A stretch of 32,000 nt of DNA from Methylorubrum extorquens (GCA_900234795.1 LT962688.1:1290001-1322000), one strand, 5' to 3'. Positions 16,548-26,518 are shown, counted from the stretch's first letter. Numbers and translations: made by a program. The notes: generated from the sequence alone by a model not told the origin.

Positions 16548-18905
16548 GTGAACATGCCCGAAAGTCTTCCCTCTCCCGTGCCATCCGACGCCGAATCGGC
16601 GCGCTTTCGGATCCTGGAGCCGTTGCGGGCGGCGCAGGAACAGCTCGCCCGCGTGCAGGATGCCGCCGGGATCGGTGTCTTCACCCTCGATCTGCGCGAG
16701 GGCGTGCTGCATCCGAGCCCCGCCTTCTGCCGCCTGCACGGCCTGGAGGTGCGCGAGCGATACGCCCTCGCCGCCCTCGCCGAGCGCTTCCCGGCGGAGG
16801 ATACGGCGATCCCCTCGGGTACGTCCTCCGAGGAGGCGATCTACCGCGTTCGCGATTCCCGGACCGGGGCGTCGCGCTGGATTGCCCGCACCCTCGAGAT
16901 CGAGCGCGATGCGGACGGCGCGGCCCTGCGGCTCGCGGGCGTGGTGCGGGACGTGACCGAGCAGCGGGCCCAGGGCACGGCGCTGGCCGAGAGTGAGCAG
17001 CACTACCGCACGCTGTTCGAGCAGATGGACGAGGGCTACTCCGTCATCGAGTTCATCGATGGCCCGCACGGCCCCTTGAGCGATTACGTCCACGTCACCG
17101 CCAACCGCGCCTACGCCCAGCATGCCGGCATCGAGAACGTGGCCGGCAAGCGCCTGCGCGAGATCGTCGGCGAGGAGGCCGAGGGCTGGCTCGCGCTCTA
17201 CGGCGACGTCCTGCGCACCGGCCGGCCGATCCGCTTCCAGCGCGAGCTGGTCGCCACCGGGCGCTACCTCGAACTCGCCGCCTTCCGCATCGAGCCGCCG
17301 TCGCGGCGGCAGGTCGCGGTGCTGTTCCAGGACATCACGGCCCGGCGGCGCGTGGAGCACCTGCTCCATTCCAAGGCTGCCGACCTGGAGGCGGAGGTGG
17401 TGGCGCAACGGCGCGACCGCGACCGCGTCTGGACGCTCTCGCCGGTCCTCAAGGTCGTGGCCACCCCCGACGGGCGGATCGAGGCGGTGAACCCCTCGTG
17501 GGGCCGGACGCTGGGCTGGTCGCCGGCCGAGACGGTGGGCCGCTACGTGCCCGACTTCTTCGCGCCCGAGGAGCGCGCGACCGCCGAAGCGGCGCTGGAA
17601 CGGCTCGCGGCCGGCGCCTCGACCGATCTCGAACTGACCTGCCTGACCAAGGACGGCGGCACCTGCCGGGTTCTCTGGACCATCGTGCCGGCCGACGGCC
17701 TGCTCTACGGCTTCGGTCGCGACATCACGGAGCAGCGCCACGCCGAGGAGGCCCTGCGCCAATCGCAGAAGCTGGAGGCGGTGGGCCAGCTCACCGGGGG
17801 CGTGGCCCACGACTTCAACAACCTGCTCACCATCATCCGCTCGTCGGTCGAGTTCCTGCGCCGACCCGACCTCGCGCCCGAGCGCAAGCGCCGCTACCTC
17901 GACGCCGTCTCCGACACGGTGGACCGAGCAGCGAAGCTGACGGGTCAACTCCTCGCCTTCGCCCGGCGGCAGGCGCTCAAGCCCGAGACCTTCGATGTCG
18001 GCGAGCGGCTGCGCAGCATCTCGGAGATGCTTGACTCGGTGACCGGCGCGCGCATCCGCGTAGTGACCGACCTGCCCGGCGCCCCCTGCTTCGTGCGCGC
18101 CGATGCGAGCCAGTTCGAGACGGCCCTGGTCAACATGGCGGTCAACGCCCGCGACGCCATGGACGGCGAGGGCCGCCTGACCCTGCGCCTCGACGGCGCC
18201 GTGCCGATGCCGCCGATCCGCGGCCATGCCGGCGCGGCCGGGCCCTTCGTCGCGGTCTCGGTCGTCGATACCGGCACCGGGATCGCCAGCGCCGATTTGG
18301 GCCGCATCTTCGAGCCGTTCTTCACCACCAAGGAGGTCGGAAGGGGCACGGGGCTCGGCCTCTCGCAGGTGATCGGCTTCGCCAAGCAATCCGGCGGAGA
18401 CGTGGACGTGTGGAGCCGCGCGGGCGAGGGCACCACCTTCACCCTCTACCTGCCCGAAGTCGCCGCCCCACTCGAAGCCCCCGGCCCCGCCCGGCCGAGG
18501 CCGGATGCGGATGCCGAGGCGCATCTGCGGATCCTCGTGGTCGAGGACAACCTCGAAGTCGGCCGCTTCTGCACCCAGATCCTGGAAGAACTCGGCCACC
18601 AGCCGGTCTGGGCCGAGAACGCCGAGGCGGCCCTGGTCGAATTGGAACGCACCGAGACGCCGTTCGAGGCGGTGTTTTCCGACGTCGTGATGCCCGGCAT
18701 GGGCGGCATCGCGCTCGCCCGCATCCTGCGCGAGCGCTACCCCGATCTGCCGGTGGTCCTCACCTCCGGCTACAGCCACGTCCTGGCGCAGGACGACGCG
18801 CACGGGTTCGAGTTGCTGAGGAAGCCCTACTCGGCACAGGAGCTGGGGCGGGTGCTGCGGGAGATGGCGGGGCGGCGGGGGAGGCGGGAGACGGCCTCAC
18901 GCTGA
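16548..18905 (+). CDS. Hybrid sensor histidine kinase/response regulator with multiple PAS domains
   Basis: Three PAS-like segments and an H-box GGVAHDFNNLLTII. ATPase G-boxes VVDTGTGI and GTGLGLS. C-terminal receiver ILVVEDN...FSDVVMPGMGG...VVLTSGY. The start is GTG 16548 or ATG 16554. Confidence 0.9.
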   Translation: MNMPESLPSPVPSDAESARFRILEPLRAAQEQLARVQDAAGIGVFTLDLREGVLHPSPAFCRLHGLEVRERYALAALAERFPAEDTAIPSGTSSEEAIYRVRDSRTGASRWIARTLEIERDADGAALRLAGVVRDVTEQRAQGTALAESEQHYRTLFEQMDEGYSVIEFIDGPHGPLSDYVHVTANRAYAQHAGIENVAGKRLREIVGEEAEGWLALYGDVLRTGRPIRFQRELVATGRYLELAAFRIEPPSRRQVAVLFQDITARRRVEHLLHSKAADLEAEVVAQRRDRDRVWTLSPVLKVVATPDGRIEAVNPSWGRTLGWSPAETVGRYVPDFFAPEERATAEAALERLAAGASTDLELTCLTKDGGTCRVLWTIVPADGLLYGFGRDITEQRHAEEALRQSQKLEAVGQLTGGVAHDFNNLLTIIRSSVEFLRRPDLAPERKRRYLDAVSDTVDRAAKLTGQLLAFARRQALKPETFDVGERLRSISEMLDSVTGARIRVVTDLPGAPCFVRADASQFETALVNMAVNARDAMDGEGRLTLRLDGAVPMPPIRGHAGAAGPFVAVSVVDTGTGIASADLGRIFEPFFTTKEVGRGTGLGLSQVIGFAKQSGGDVDVWSRAGEGTTFTLYLPEVAAPLEAPGPARPRPDADAEAHLRILVVEDNLEVGRFCTQILEELGHQPVWAENAEAALVELERTETPFEAVFSDVVMPGMGGIALARILRERYPDLPVVLTSGYSHVLAQDDAHGFELLRKPYSAQELGRVLREMAGRRGRRETASR

Positions 18906-18999
18906 CGGCCGAAGCCGGACGCGCGGCCATCCATCCCGAGAGCGCCTTTCGACGAAGCGGACCGCGCCCGGCCGCTGGCGCAGCCTCGCGCCTCGGCGC

Positions 19000-20559
19000 T
19001 CACTCGCTCGCCCGATCGAGGGTGCCGAGACCGTTCGCGTTCAACGCATCGAGCGTCACCGCATCGGCCTTGCCCCCGCTTCCGACCGCGAAACGGATGG
19101 CCGACGGATTGTCCGGCGCCTCCGCATCGGGAAAGCAGAGGAAGAGATCGCGATCGAAGTGGCGCAACGGATAGGTCCGCGCCCCGCCGGGCCCGACCGT
19201 GAGGGTCAGGCGACCGTCGATCTCCGCCACCTCGGCATTGCCGACATACGCGTTGGCGTAACGCCCCGTATAGGCCGACAAGGGAAGCGACGCCGAGGCG
19301 TTCGCCGGAGGCCGGCCGTAGACGGCGCGGTTCGCCGCCGCGCCCGGCCCGAACAGGCTCGTATAGGCTTCGCCCCAATCCTTCAGCCAATCCTTGCGGA
19401 TCCGGCCGTCGAAGACGAGGTCCGCGAAGCTGTCGGCCAATCCCTCCGGGACGCCGGACGGGAAGGCGTTCGTCAGCAGGATGATGCCGAGCTTGGCCTC
19501 CGGATGGATCGAAACGAGGGTCTGCGCGCCGACGCTGAAGGCGCCGGCATGGCCCCAGACGAGACCGTGGCGGCCGTACTCGATGTTCCAGCCCAGGCCG
19601 TAGAAGGAGGCGCCTCCGGTCACGGGATTGGTGCCGCGTGCGGTGAGCGGCGCATGCGTCTGAGCCAGGGCCGCGCCGGCAACCCGTTGTGTGCCCTCGA
19701 ACAGGCCGTTTCCGATTTCGAGCCGCACCCAGCGGGCGAGGTCGCGGACATTCGAGCTGACGCCTCCGGCCGGCGCCTGCGCGTCGGGATCGCGTTCGGT
19801 CCCGGCCGACCAGACGCCGTTGCGCCTGACATGGAGTGCGGCCCGGTCGGCCCGCGTCAGGAAGTCGTCATGCCGCGTGCTCGTGGAGGTCATCCCCAGC
19901 GGGCCGAACAGCTTTTCTTGAGCCACCACATCCCACGGCTTGCCGGTCGGCCTCGCGGCAGCCACGGCTCCCTCGGTGAACCCGAAATTGCTGTAGGCGT
20001 AGCCCGCGCGGAAGCTGGAGGACGGCGGCACGAGGCGCAACCTGCGGAGGATGTCGTCGCGGCCGTATCCGATCCCTTCGAGGTCGTCCCCGGCGCTGCC
20101 CGGCAACCCGCTGCGGTGATTGAGAAAATCGCGCACCGTGACCTGCGAGGCCGGATAGGGCTCGTGAAGCCGGAAGCCGGGGTCGAGATCGGCGACGCGC
20201 GAATCCCAGCCGACGACACCCTCGCCCACGAGGGCGGCCACCACGGTCGAGGTCACGGGCTTGGACAGGGACGCGATCTGAAACACCGTCTCCGGCCCGA
20301 CCAAGTCGGGCTTTCCGATCGCCCTGCGGCCGAAGCCTTTCAGGAAGAGGGTCTCGTCGCCGTAGACGATCGCGATCGCGAGACCCGGCACATCGCCCGC
20401 ATCGATGGCCTGCTGCGCCAGCGCTTCGAGCGCCGGCAATCGCGCCTCGACCTGCGCACGGGTGACGGCTTGGCCGAACGCGCTTCCGGAACAGCCCGAG
20501 ATGACGCCAAGCGCGACACAGACAGGCGCGATGCGCCGATGGGATCGAAGCCGCTGCAT
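19000..20559 (-). CDS. Serine hydrolase (beta-lactamase/transpeptidase-like), probable lipoprotein
   Basis: SxxK motif (IASLSKPVTS) and YxN motif (YAYSNFGF). Signal peptide with a lipobox-like VISGC. C-terminal extension domain. Confidence 0.85.
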   Translation of the reverse strand: MQRLRSHRRIAPVCVALGVISGCSGSAFGQAVTRAQVEARLPALEALAQQAIDAGDVPGLAIAIVYGDETLFLKGFGRRAIGKPDLVGPETVFQIASLSKPVTSTVVAALVGEGVVGWDSRVADLDPGFRLHEPYPASQVTVRDFLNHRSGLPGSAGDDLEGIGYGRDDILRRLRLVPPSSSFRAGYAYSNFGFTEGAVAAARPTGKPWDVVAQEKLFGPLGMTSTSTRHDDFLTRADRAALHVRRNGVWSAGTERDPDAQAPAGGVSSNVRDLARWVRLEIGNGLFEGTQRVAGAALAQTHAPLTARGTNPVTGGASFYGLGWNIEYGRHGLVWGHAGAFSVGAQTLVSIHPEAKLGIILLTNAFPSGVPEGLADSFADLVFDGRIRKDWLKDWGEAYTSLFGPGAAANRAVYGRPPANASASLPLSAYTGRYANAYVGNAEVAEIDGRLTLTVGPGGARTYPLRHFDRDLFLCFPDAEAPDNPSAIRFAVGSGGKADAVTLDALNANGLGTLDRASE

Positions 20560-20859
20560 CTGATCGTCGATCCCATCAAGGACGGCTCGGGCATAGAGAA
20601 TCGCACCGAAGCCGCCCTCAAACTGATCGCCGCGACTAGCGCTGACAAGCCGAAATCAGTCGATTGGGTGGGACTTGACTTGGGTCGTCCCGTTTTCGGT
20701 TTCGGCGTGCAATGCGAGGTCGCGTCGAGACAGGGGGCGCCTCGGATAAAAACAACGGTTTCTGTAATCGGGCCCCTGCCATCGAGGGGTGCTATGTAAG
20801 TACGTTTGCGGGAAGATCAGCTTAGAGTGGGAAGCGGCACGGGCTAGCTCGGAGGGATA

Positions 20860-21153
20860 ATGAGATTGAGCCGCACAGGATTTGCGTTCTGCGCAATGTA
20901 TCTGTCCGCATCTATAGCGATCTGGACTTACGCAAGCAGCATCGCGGCAGATCCAAAGGGCACGTTTGTGCTTATGCAGATCCCCATTGTTTTCGCCCAT
21001 GCTGCTGCCTGGAAGCTTGGTCTTCTCCCACTCATGGCTTCGCTGCCGAACATGGTGGTGTGGGCGTTGCTGTTTCTACCAACGCTAGCGGCCATCTATA
21101 GCATCGGCTGGGCTGTGGGGCTGTTCTTCGAAGCCCTTAGGCCGCGCGCATAA
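20860..21153 (+). CDS. Small 3-TM membrane protein of unknown function in a low-GC islet
   Basis: Strong SD (GGAGGGataATG) and three hydrophobic helices. Many A/T-ending codons (AGA, ACA, TTT, TAT, ATA, CTA, GTT), unlike all neighbouring genes. Confidence 0.6.
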   Translation: MRLSRTGFAFCAMYLSASIAIWTYASSIAADPKGTFVLMQIPIVFAHAAAWKLGLLPLMASLPNMVVWALLFLPTLAAIYSIGWAVGLFFEALRPRA

Positions 21154-21246
21154 TCTGCACGATGGCCTCGGCCGACGTGGAAGAATGGCCGAGAACGGTC
21201 GAGCGTTTGCATTGCCCGGTCTCGCTGAAGGCGCGACCGGCTCCCC

Positions 21247-22155
21247 TCATGCCGCCATGCGCGGAAACACCAGCGTCTGATGCAGGGCCACGCCGGCGGT
21301 CACGCCGTCGGCCGACGCCCAGGCCACGCTGTGCGGAGACCGTGCCGCGTCCCCGGCCGCGTAGACACCGGCAACCGTCGTCTCCTTCATCGCGTCGGTG
21401 CGGATCACCGGCCCGAGCATGCCCTCCTCCACGGCGCAGCCGAGTTGTTCGGCGAGCAGGCTGTTCAGGCGGTAGCGGGGGCCGGCGAAGAGGGCCTCCA
21501 GCGGGAGCGTCCGGCCATCCGCCATAACGAGTGCCGAGAGGGCCCGCCCCTCGCCCGCAAGCGCCCGGATCGGGCCGGGTTCAATTCCGACGTTGCGGGC
21601 GGCGAGCCGGGCGCAGGCCTCCGCGTCGGGCGCCGGGTGTCCGTTCAGGAAGAGCGTGGTCGGCCCCCATTCCGCGACCAGTTCGGCCTGATGGACCGAT
21701 AGGGCGCCGGCCGACAGCACGCCGAGGACGCGCCCGGAAAACTCGAAGCCGTGGCAGTAGGGGCAGTGCAGCACGCTCGCGCCCCAACGCTCGGCCAGGC
21801 CAGGGAGGTCCGGCAGGATGTCGCTGATGCCGAAGGCCAGGACGAGTTTCGAGGCTTCGAGCCGCTGCCCCCCGGCCAGCGAGACGGCGAAGCCGTCGCC
21901 TGCGGCTCGCGCCGACACCGCCTCCCCCGTCACGAAGGTGGCGTTCGGGTAGCCCGCGAGCTGAGCACGGGCTGTCGCGATCATCGCCAGCGGATTCTCG
22001 CCGTCCTGCGCGAAGAAGCCGTGCAAGGCGGCGGCAAACCGGTTGCGGGGCGCGCCGGCATCGATGACGCAGACCTTCCGGCGCCCTCGGGCGATGTAGA
22101 GCGCTGCGGAGAGGCCGGCGAAGCTGCCGCCGACGATGATCGCATCATACCGCAT
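21247..22155 (-). CDS. NAD(P)/FAD-dependent oxidoreductase, thioredoxin-reductase-like
   Basis: FAD motif [18 protein letters not shown], redox CxxC (HCPYCHGFE) and C-terminal GVYAAGDA. The ATG at 22155 has GGAGA upstream and overlaps the Rrf2 gene end by 11 nt. Confidence 0.85.
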   Translation of the reverse strand: MRYDAIIVGGSFAGLSAALYIARGRRKVCVIDAGAPRNRFAAALHGFFAQDGENPLAMIATARAQLAGYPNATFVTGEAVSARAAGDGFAVSLAGGQRLEASKLVLAFGISDILPDLPGLAERWGASVLHCPYCHGFEFSGRVLGVLSAGALSVHQAELVAEWGPTTLFLNGHPAPDAEACARLAARNVGIEPGPIRALAGEGRALSALVMADGRTLPLEALFAGPRYRLNSLLAEQLGCAVEEGMLGPVIRTDAMKETTVAGVYAAGDAARSPHSVAWASADGVTAGVALHQTLVFPRMAA

Positions 22156-22609
22156 GGGCCGTCTCCAGGTTGAAGTCGCCGCCGCGCGCCGCGAGGCGGG
22201 CATGGAAGTCGGCGCTGAGCGCGGCCAGCGTGATCCGGCCGAGTTGCGCCATCAGAAGCGCCTCCGCCTCGCGAAAACTCTCGTCCATCGCGGCATTGAC
22301 CGCCTGCTCGACGAGGCAGCCGGGCGCCTCGCTCCGGTTGCCCATGGCGAAGATTTCGGGCGCGCCGAGCGCGTCGTAGATGTCGCGCAGGGTGACGGCC
22401 CCGAAATCGCAGGCGATCCGCCAGCCGCCGCCATGCCCCTTCTCCGAGCGGACGTAACCCCGGTCGCGCAGGCCCGCCATGATGCGCCGGACCACGACGG
22501 GATTGGTCTGCATCACGCCGGCCAGGAACTCGGACGTCACCGGCCCCTCGATCTCGGCCATGTGCAGGAGCACGTGGAGGACGGCCGAAAGCTTGCTGTC
22601 TCGCCTCAT
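22145..22609 (-). CDS. Rrf2 family transcriptional regulator
   Basis: Typical Rrf2 N-terminus: [63 protein letters not shown]. Confidence 0.9.
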   Translation of the reverse strand: MRRDSKLSAVLHVLLHMAEIEGPVTSEFLAGVMQTNPVVVRRIMAGLRDRGYVRSEKGHGGGWRIACDFGAVTLRDIYDALGAPEIFAMGNRSEAPGCLVEQAVNAAMDESFREAEALLMAQLGRITLAALSADFHARLAARGGDFNLETAHAV

Positions 22610-22645
22610 GTAACTTTACATGTTTCATGAAACAGAGACTGTCAA
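22607..22645 (-). promoter_or_regulatory. Rrf2 promoter/operator region: consensus -35 plus two adjacent perfect palindromes
   Basis: TTGACA (22645-22640, minus strand) lies 30 nt upstream of the ATG. TGTTTCATGAAACA (22621-22634) and CATGTAA-ct-TTACATG (22607-22622) are both perfect palindromes, and the second overlaps the start codon. No SD is present. Confidence 0.45.
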
Positions 22646-22676
22646 GCGCGTCGGACGGCAGGCCCCAGAACGCAAG

Positions 22677-22700
22677 AAGGCCCGCCTCCCGGCGAGCCTT
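22677..22700 (-). terminator. Candidate intrinsic terminator after the small lipoprotein gene
   Basis: Minus-strand RNA AAGGCUCGCC-GGGA-GGCGGGCCUU forms 10 bp including one G-U, followed by CUUGCGUUCU. A second hairpin GCCCGGTC-acc-GACCGGGC lies at 22715-22733. Confidence 0.35.
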
Positions 22701-22755
22701 CCTCCTTTCATGCCGCCCGGTCACCGACCGGGCGACGTCGCAAATCCCCTAAAAA

Positions 22756-22959
22756 CTACGGCTGGCCAGCGGGCTTGTTGGTCGCCGGCGGGGTGGTCGG
22801 CGCCGTGGTCTGGCCGGCGGCCGGCGGCGTCGCGGGGGCGGTGGTCGTGGTGTTGGCCGGAGGCGTGGTCGTGCCCGTGGTGTCCTTCTTCTCGTCCTTG
22901 CAGGCTGCGAGGCCGAGGGCGAGCAGGCCGAGAACCGGGATCAGCTTGATGGCGCGCAT
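22756..22959 (-). CDS. Small Thr/Pro-rich lipoprotein
   Basis: Lipobox MRAIKLIPVLGLLALGLAAC. SD GGAGGA lies 5 nt upstream of the ATG at 22959. The mature part is almost entirely T/P/A low-complexity sequence. Confidence 0.6.
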   Translation of the reverse strand: MRAIKLIPVLGLLALGLAACKDEKKDTTGTTTPPANTTTTAPATPPAAGQTTAPTTPPATNKPAGQP

Positions 22960-23179
22960 GTGTTCCTCCGTGTCGTTGAGCTCTCGAGGCGCTGCCGCGA
23001 ACGGCCGGCGCATCGGAAGAGCGGAAACGGTCTTTGCCGTGCTGTGGCAAAGCTGAGAACGCGTTGCGGCCCTGAACCGTTCAACATTCGCGTGGGCGGA
23101 GAGCCGAAGAACGGGGGATGAGCGCCGAATTTCAGGGAGACATAAGCGGGATGAAACCGGCGGCCCCGCCGTTCAGACC

Positions 23180-24079
23180 TTACCGGACCGGCAGGACCTG
23201 GCAGGTTTCGCAGAAGAAGGTCGAGCGTCCACCCTGCACGATCCGGCCAACCCGGCCGGTACAGCCCTTGGTCGGGCAGGCATGGCCCACCCGGTCGTAG
23301 ACGCGGAAGCCGTGCTGGAAGGCGCCGCGCTCCCCGTCCGGCCGGGCGTAGTCGCGCAAGGTGGAGCCGCCGGCCGCCACCGCCTCGGTCAGCACCGCCT
23401 TGATCTCCTTGACGAGTGTCTTCGCCTTGGGTGCCGGCGAACCGTCGGGCTTGGCGAGCGCGCCGGCCGGCAGGGCCGGGTGGAGGCCCGAGCGGTGCAG
23501 CGCCTCGCAGACATAGATGTTGCCCAGGCCCGCGATCAGGCGCTGGTCGAGCAGTGCTGCCTTCAGCGGCGTGATCTTCCGGGCGAACAGGCGCGCGAGC
23601 CGGGGTGCGTCGAGGGCGTCGGAGAGCGGCTCGACGCCCATGCTGGCGAAGTGGCGGCAGGTCTCGAGATCGCGCGTGGCCACGAGATCCATGAAGCCGA
23701 AGCGGCGGGCGTCGTTGTAGGTGACGGTGGCACCGTTGGCGAAGGCCATCACCACGTGGTCGTGCTTGGGCGTGCCGAGCGCCCCTTCAAGGTAGAAGTC
23801 GCCCGGCGAGAGGTTCGAGCCGTCGGGCAGACGCACGTCGAAGCGCCCGCTCATGCCGAGATGTAGGATTAGGCTCTCGCCGGAATCGAGATGCGCTGTG
23901 AGGTACTTGGCCCGGCGCGCCAGTTCCAGCACCGTGGTGCCCTCCAGCCGCTCGGCGAAGCGCTCGGGGAAGGGGAAGCGCAGGTTCGGCCTACGCAGGG
24001 TGACGCGGGCGACGCGCGCCCCGACCATCGCGGGGGCGAGCCCCCGGCGCACGGTCTCGACTTCGGGCAGTTCGGGCAT
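23180..24079 (-). CDS. mutM: Formamidopyrimidine-DNA glycosylase
   Basis: N-terminal catalytic [14 protein letters not shown], the H2TH region, and a C-terminal zinc finger [27 protein letters not shown]. Confidence 0.95.
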   Translation of the reverse strand: MPELPEVETVRRGLAPAMVGARVARVTLRRPNLRFPFPERFAERLEGTTVLELARRAKYLTAHLDSGESLILHLGMSGRFDVRLPDGSNLSPGDFYLEGALGTPKHDHVVMAFANGATVTYNDARRFGFMDLVATRDLETCRHFASMGVEPLSDALDAPRLARLFARKITPLKAALLDQRLIAGLGNIYVCEALHRSGLHPALPAGALAKPDGSPAPKAKTLVKEIKAVLTEAVAAGGSTLRDYARPDGERGAFQHGFRVYDRVGHACPTKGCTGRVGRIVQGGRSTFFCETCQVLPVR

Positions 24080-24319
24080 GGTCGTGCGAGACAAGCGGCG
24101 GCGGGAAAGAGAGCTGTAGCGCCCTCCCCGGCCCCGGCGCGAGCCCCGCCGGCCCGGGCCGGGGGGCCACGGTGTCGCGCTTGCCGCCGGGCCTCCCCGG
24201 GAACCGATATCGGGGCTCACGGCTTGCTCCCGGCCAAGGTCCTTTCGGTGCGCCTCTCTGGCTGGAGCGGCCTCCCCTCCGGTGAGAGCGCGTCAGCCGG
24301 TCGTCGGAGTCAGCACGGC

Positions 24320-25444
24320 ATGAGCGCCCACCCCTACCGGTTCGGGATCGAGGAAGAGTATTTCCTCGCCGATGCCGAGACCCGCGGCACGCCGCGCCGC
24401 TCGGTCAAGCCGTTCCATCAGGCGGCCGGGGAGCGGCTGCCCGAGATCGGGCGCGAGCTGCTGCAATGTCAGGTCGAGGTCTGCACCCCGCCCTCCACGG
24501 CGTTCCCGGCCGCCCACGCCGCGCTGCGGGAGCAGCGGCAGGCCTTGGCGGAGCTGGGCCGCGAGCACGGGCTTCTGGTCTTTGCCGCCGGCACCCACCC
24601 CATCGCCGACTGGGCGCGGCAATTGCCGACCAAGGGCGACCGCTACCGCGGCATCCTGCGCGATGTCGGCCTCGCCGGGCGGCGCAGCCTGATCTGCGGC
24701 ATGCATGTCCATGTCGAGGTCGCCGACCCCGACCGGCGCGTCGCGCTGATGGACCGGCTGCTGCCGTTCCAGCCGCTGCTGTTGGCCCTCTCCGTCTCCT
24801 CGCCGTTCTGGCAGGGCAAGCCGACGGGGCTGGCCGCCTATCGCCTCAGCGCGTTCGGCGAGCTGCCGCGCACCGGCCTGCCCGACCTGATGGGCGACGC
24901 GGCAGCCTACGAGCGCTACGTGCGCATCATGACCAATGCCGGCTCGATCCAGGATGCGAGCTTCCTGTGGTGGTCCCTGCGCCCCTCGATCAAGTTCCCG
25001 ACGCTCGAACTGCGCATCGCCGATTCCTGCACCCGGCTCGCCGACGCCATCGTGGTGGCGGCCCTATTCCGCTGTCTCGTGCGGCTGATCGAGCGCCGGC
25101 CCGACATCAATGCGGGGCTCACCGGCGTCTCGCGGGCGATCGCGGCGGAGAACCTGTGGCGGGCCCAGCGCAGCGGGATCGAGGCCGAGTTGATCGACGA
25201 GGCGTCCGAGCAGGCCTTCCCCTTCGACGCCGCCCTCGACACGCTGCTCTCGCTGATCGCGGAGGATGCCGAGGCGCTGGGCTGCACCGAAGAGGTGGCC
25301 GACGCCCGCCGCATCCTGCGCGAGGGCACCAGCGCCGACCGGCAGATCGCCGCGTTCGAGGGAACCCGCGGCGGCGACACCAGCAACCGCCAAGCCCTCG
25401 ACGCGGTGGTGGACTGGCTCGCCGAGACCACGCGGGACGGGTGA
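24320..25444 (+). CDS. ybdK: Carboxylate-amine ligase, YbdK/GCS2 family
   Basis: FGIEEEYFLAD...CQVEVCTPP...CGMHVHVEV...WWSLRPS..FPTLELRIADSC is the family signature. The ORF-track N-terminal extension (from 23891) overlaps mutM and was rejected. Confidence 0.85.
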   Translation: MSAHPYRFGIEEEYFLADAETRGTPRRSVKPFHQAAGERLPEIGRELLQCQVEVCTPPSTAFPAAHAALREQRQALAELGREHGLLVFAAGTHPIADWARQLPTKGDRYRGILRDVGLAGRRSLICGMHVHVEVADPDRRVALMDRLLPFQPLLLALSVSSPFWQGKPTGLAAYRLSAFGELPRTGLPDLMGDAAAYERYVRIMTNAGSIQDASFLWWSLRPSIKFPTLELRIADSCTRLADAIVVAALFRCLVRLIERRPDINAGLTGVSRAIAAENLWRAQRSGIEAELIDEASEQAFPFDAALDTLLSLIAEDAEALGCTEEVADARRILREGTSADRQIAAFEGTRGGDTSNRQALDAVVDWLAETTRDG

Positions 25445-25447
25445 CGG

Positions 25448-26365
25448 CTAACCGAACAGCTCCGCGAGGCTCACGAGGCTGAGGCTCGCGATCAGGAGGC
25501 CCACCACGACCATCAGCACCCGTGCCGGGATCACCCGCACCAGCAGGGCGGCGATCGGGGCCGCGAACAGCCCGCCGACGACGAGGCCGGCGATGGTGGT
25601 CCAGTGGGTCAGCCCGCCGAGCAGGGTGAAGGACAACCCGCTTGCCACCGCGACGAAGAACTCCGCCGCGTTGACCGAGCCGATCGAGGTGCGCGGATCC
25701 TGACCGCCGCCGACCAGCGTGGCCGTCACCACCGGCCCCCACCCGCCGCCGCCGACCGCATCGACGAAGCCGCCGCCGAGCGCCAGCGGCACCACGGCAC
25801 GGGGCGGCGCGCGGTTGGCCTTCAGGGTGCGGAACGCCTTCGACAGGACGTAGAGCCCCATCCCGAGCAGGTAGACCGAGACGAACGGCTTGATGGTCTC
25901 GCCATCGACCGAGGTGAGAAGGGTCGCGCCCGCCACCGCGCCGATCACGCCCGGGATCAACAGGCGCCGGAACAAAGGCCCGTCGACATTGCCGAGCCGC
26001 CAATGCGAGAGGCCGGAGAAGGCGGTGGTGAAGATCTCGGCCACATGCACGGAGGCGGAGGCCGCCGCCGGCGGCACCCCGGTGGACAGCAGGAACGTGG
26101 TCGAGGTGATGCCGTAGGCCATGCCGAGTGCGCCATCGACGGTCTGCGCCGCGAGCCCGACCGCCGCCGCGGTCCAGAAACCGCGACTGCTGAGGCCCTC
26201 CCGGACCGCCTGGACGGTGCCGGCATCGGCCAATGTCGCGAACAGGGCCGCTGCGGCGGCGACAGCGAGGCCCGCGAGCCCGATCAGGGCCAGCGTGCGC
26301 GGCTCGACGCGCTTCGTCGGCCGCGCGGCGGCGGAGGACGATCCGGCCATCGGGAAACGATCCAT
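25448..26365 (-). CDS. TauE/SafE family sulfite/anion exporter
   Basis: Multi-TM protein with the duplicated family pattern (DGALGMAYGITSTTFLL...; GGGFVDAVGGGGWGPVVTATLV). The start is ATG 26365 or 26350. Confidence 0.85.
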   Translation of the reverse strand: MDRFPMAGSSSAAARPTKRVEPRTLALIGLAGLAVAAAAALFATLADAGTVQAVREGLSSRGFWTAAAVGLAAQTVDGALGMAYGITSTTFLLSTGVPPAAASASVHVAEIFTTAFSGLSHWRLGNVDGPLFRRLLIPGVIGAVAGATLLTSVDGETIKPFVSVYLLGMGLYVLSKAFRTLKANRAPPRAVVPLALGGGFVDAVGGGGWGPVVTATLVGGGQDPRTSIGSVNAAEFFVAVASGLSFTLLGGLTHWTTIAGLVVGGLFAAPIAALLVRVIPARVLMVVVGLLIASLSLVSLAELFG

Positions 26366-26518
26366 GCGAGAGGGAGCCGACAGGCTAAGGGCCCGGGCGG
26401 CGCGAGCAAGGGAGCGGAGTTCCCAAGTTCAACGCGCGCCAAGGCCGAAGCTCTCCCTCGCTCCCCTGCGGGGGAATGTCCTTCCCGCAGGATCGCGCGG
26501 TCCCGGAGGACCCGCCTT

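Noticed and set aside
15240-18803. 1187-aa ORF on the minus strand
   Set aside because: It is antisense to the GST and hybrid histidine kinase genes. It is a low-complexity shadow ORF produced by the scarcity of stop codons in GC-rich antisense frames.
20656-21000. 114-aa minus-strand ORF in the low-GC islet
   Set aside because: It is antisense to the better-supported 3-TM ORF, which has a strong SD and hydrophobic periodicity. Its translation is Cys/His/Arg-rich with no SD or domain.
24080-24319. GC-rich palindromes (CCGGCCCGGGCCGG and similar) in the mutM/ybdK divergent region, considered as regulatory sites
   Set aside because: Such short G/C palindromes are expected by chance at this base composition. 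They show no defined spacing or repeat pattern that would suggest an operator.
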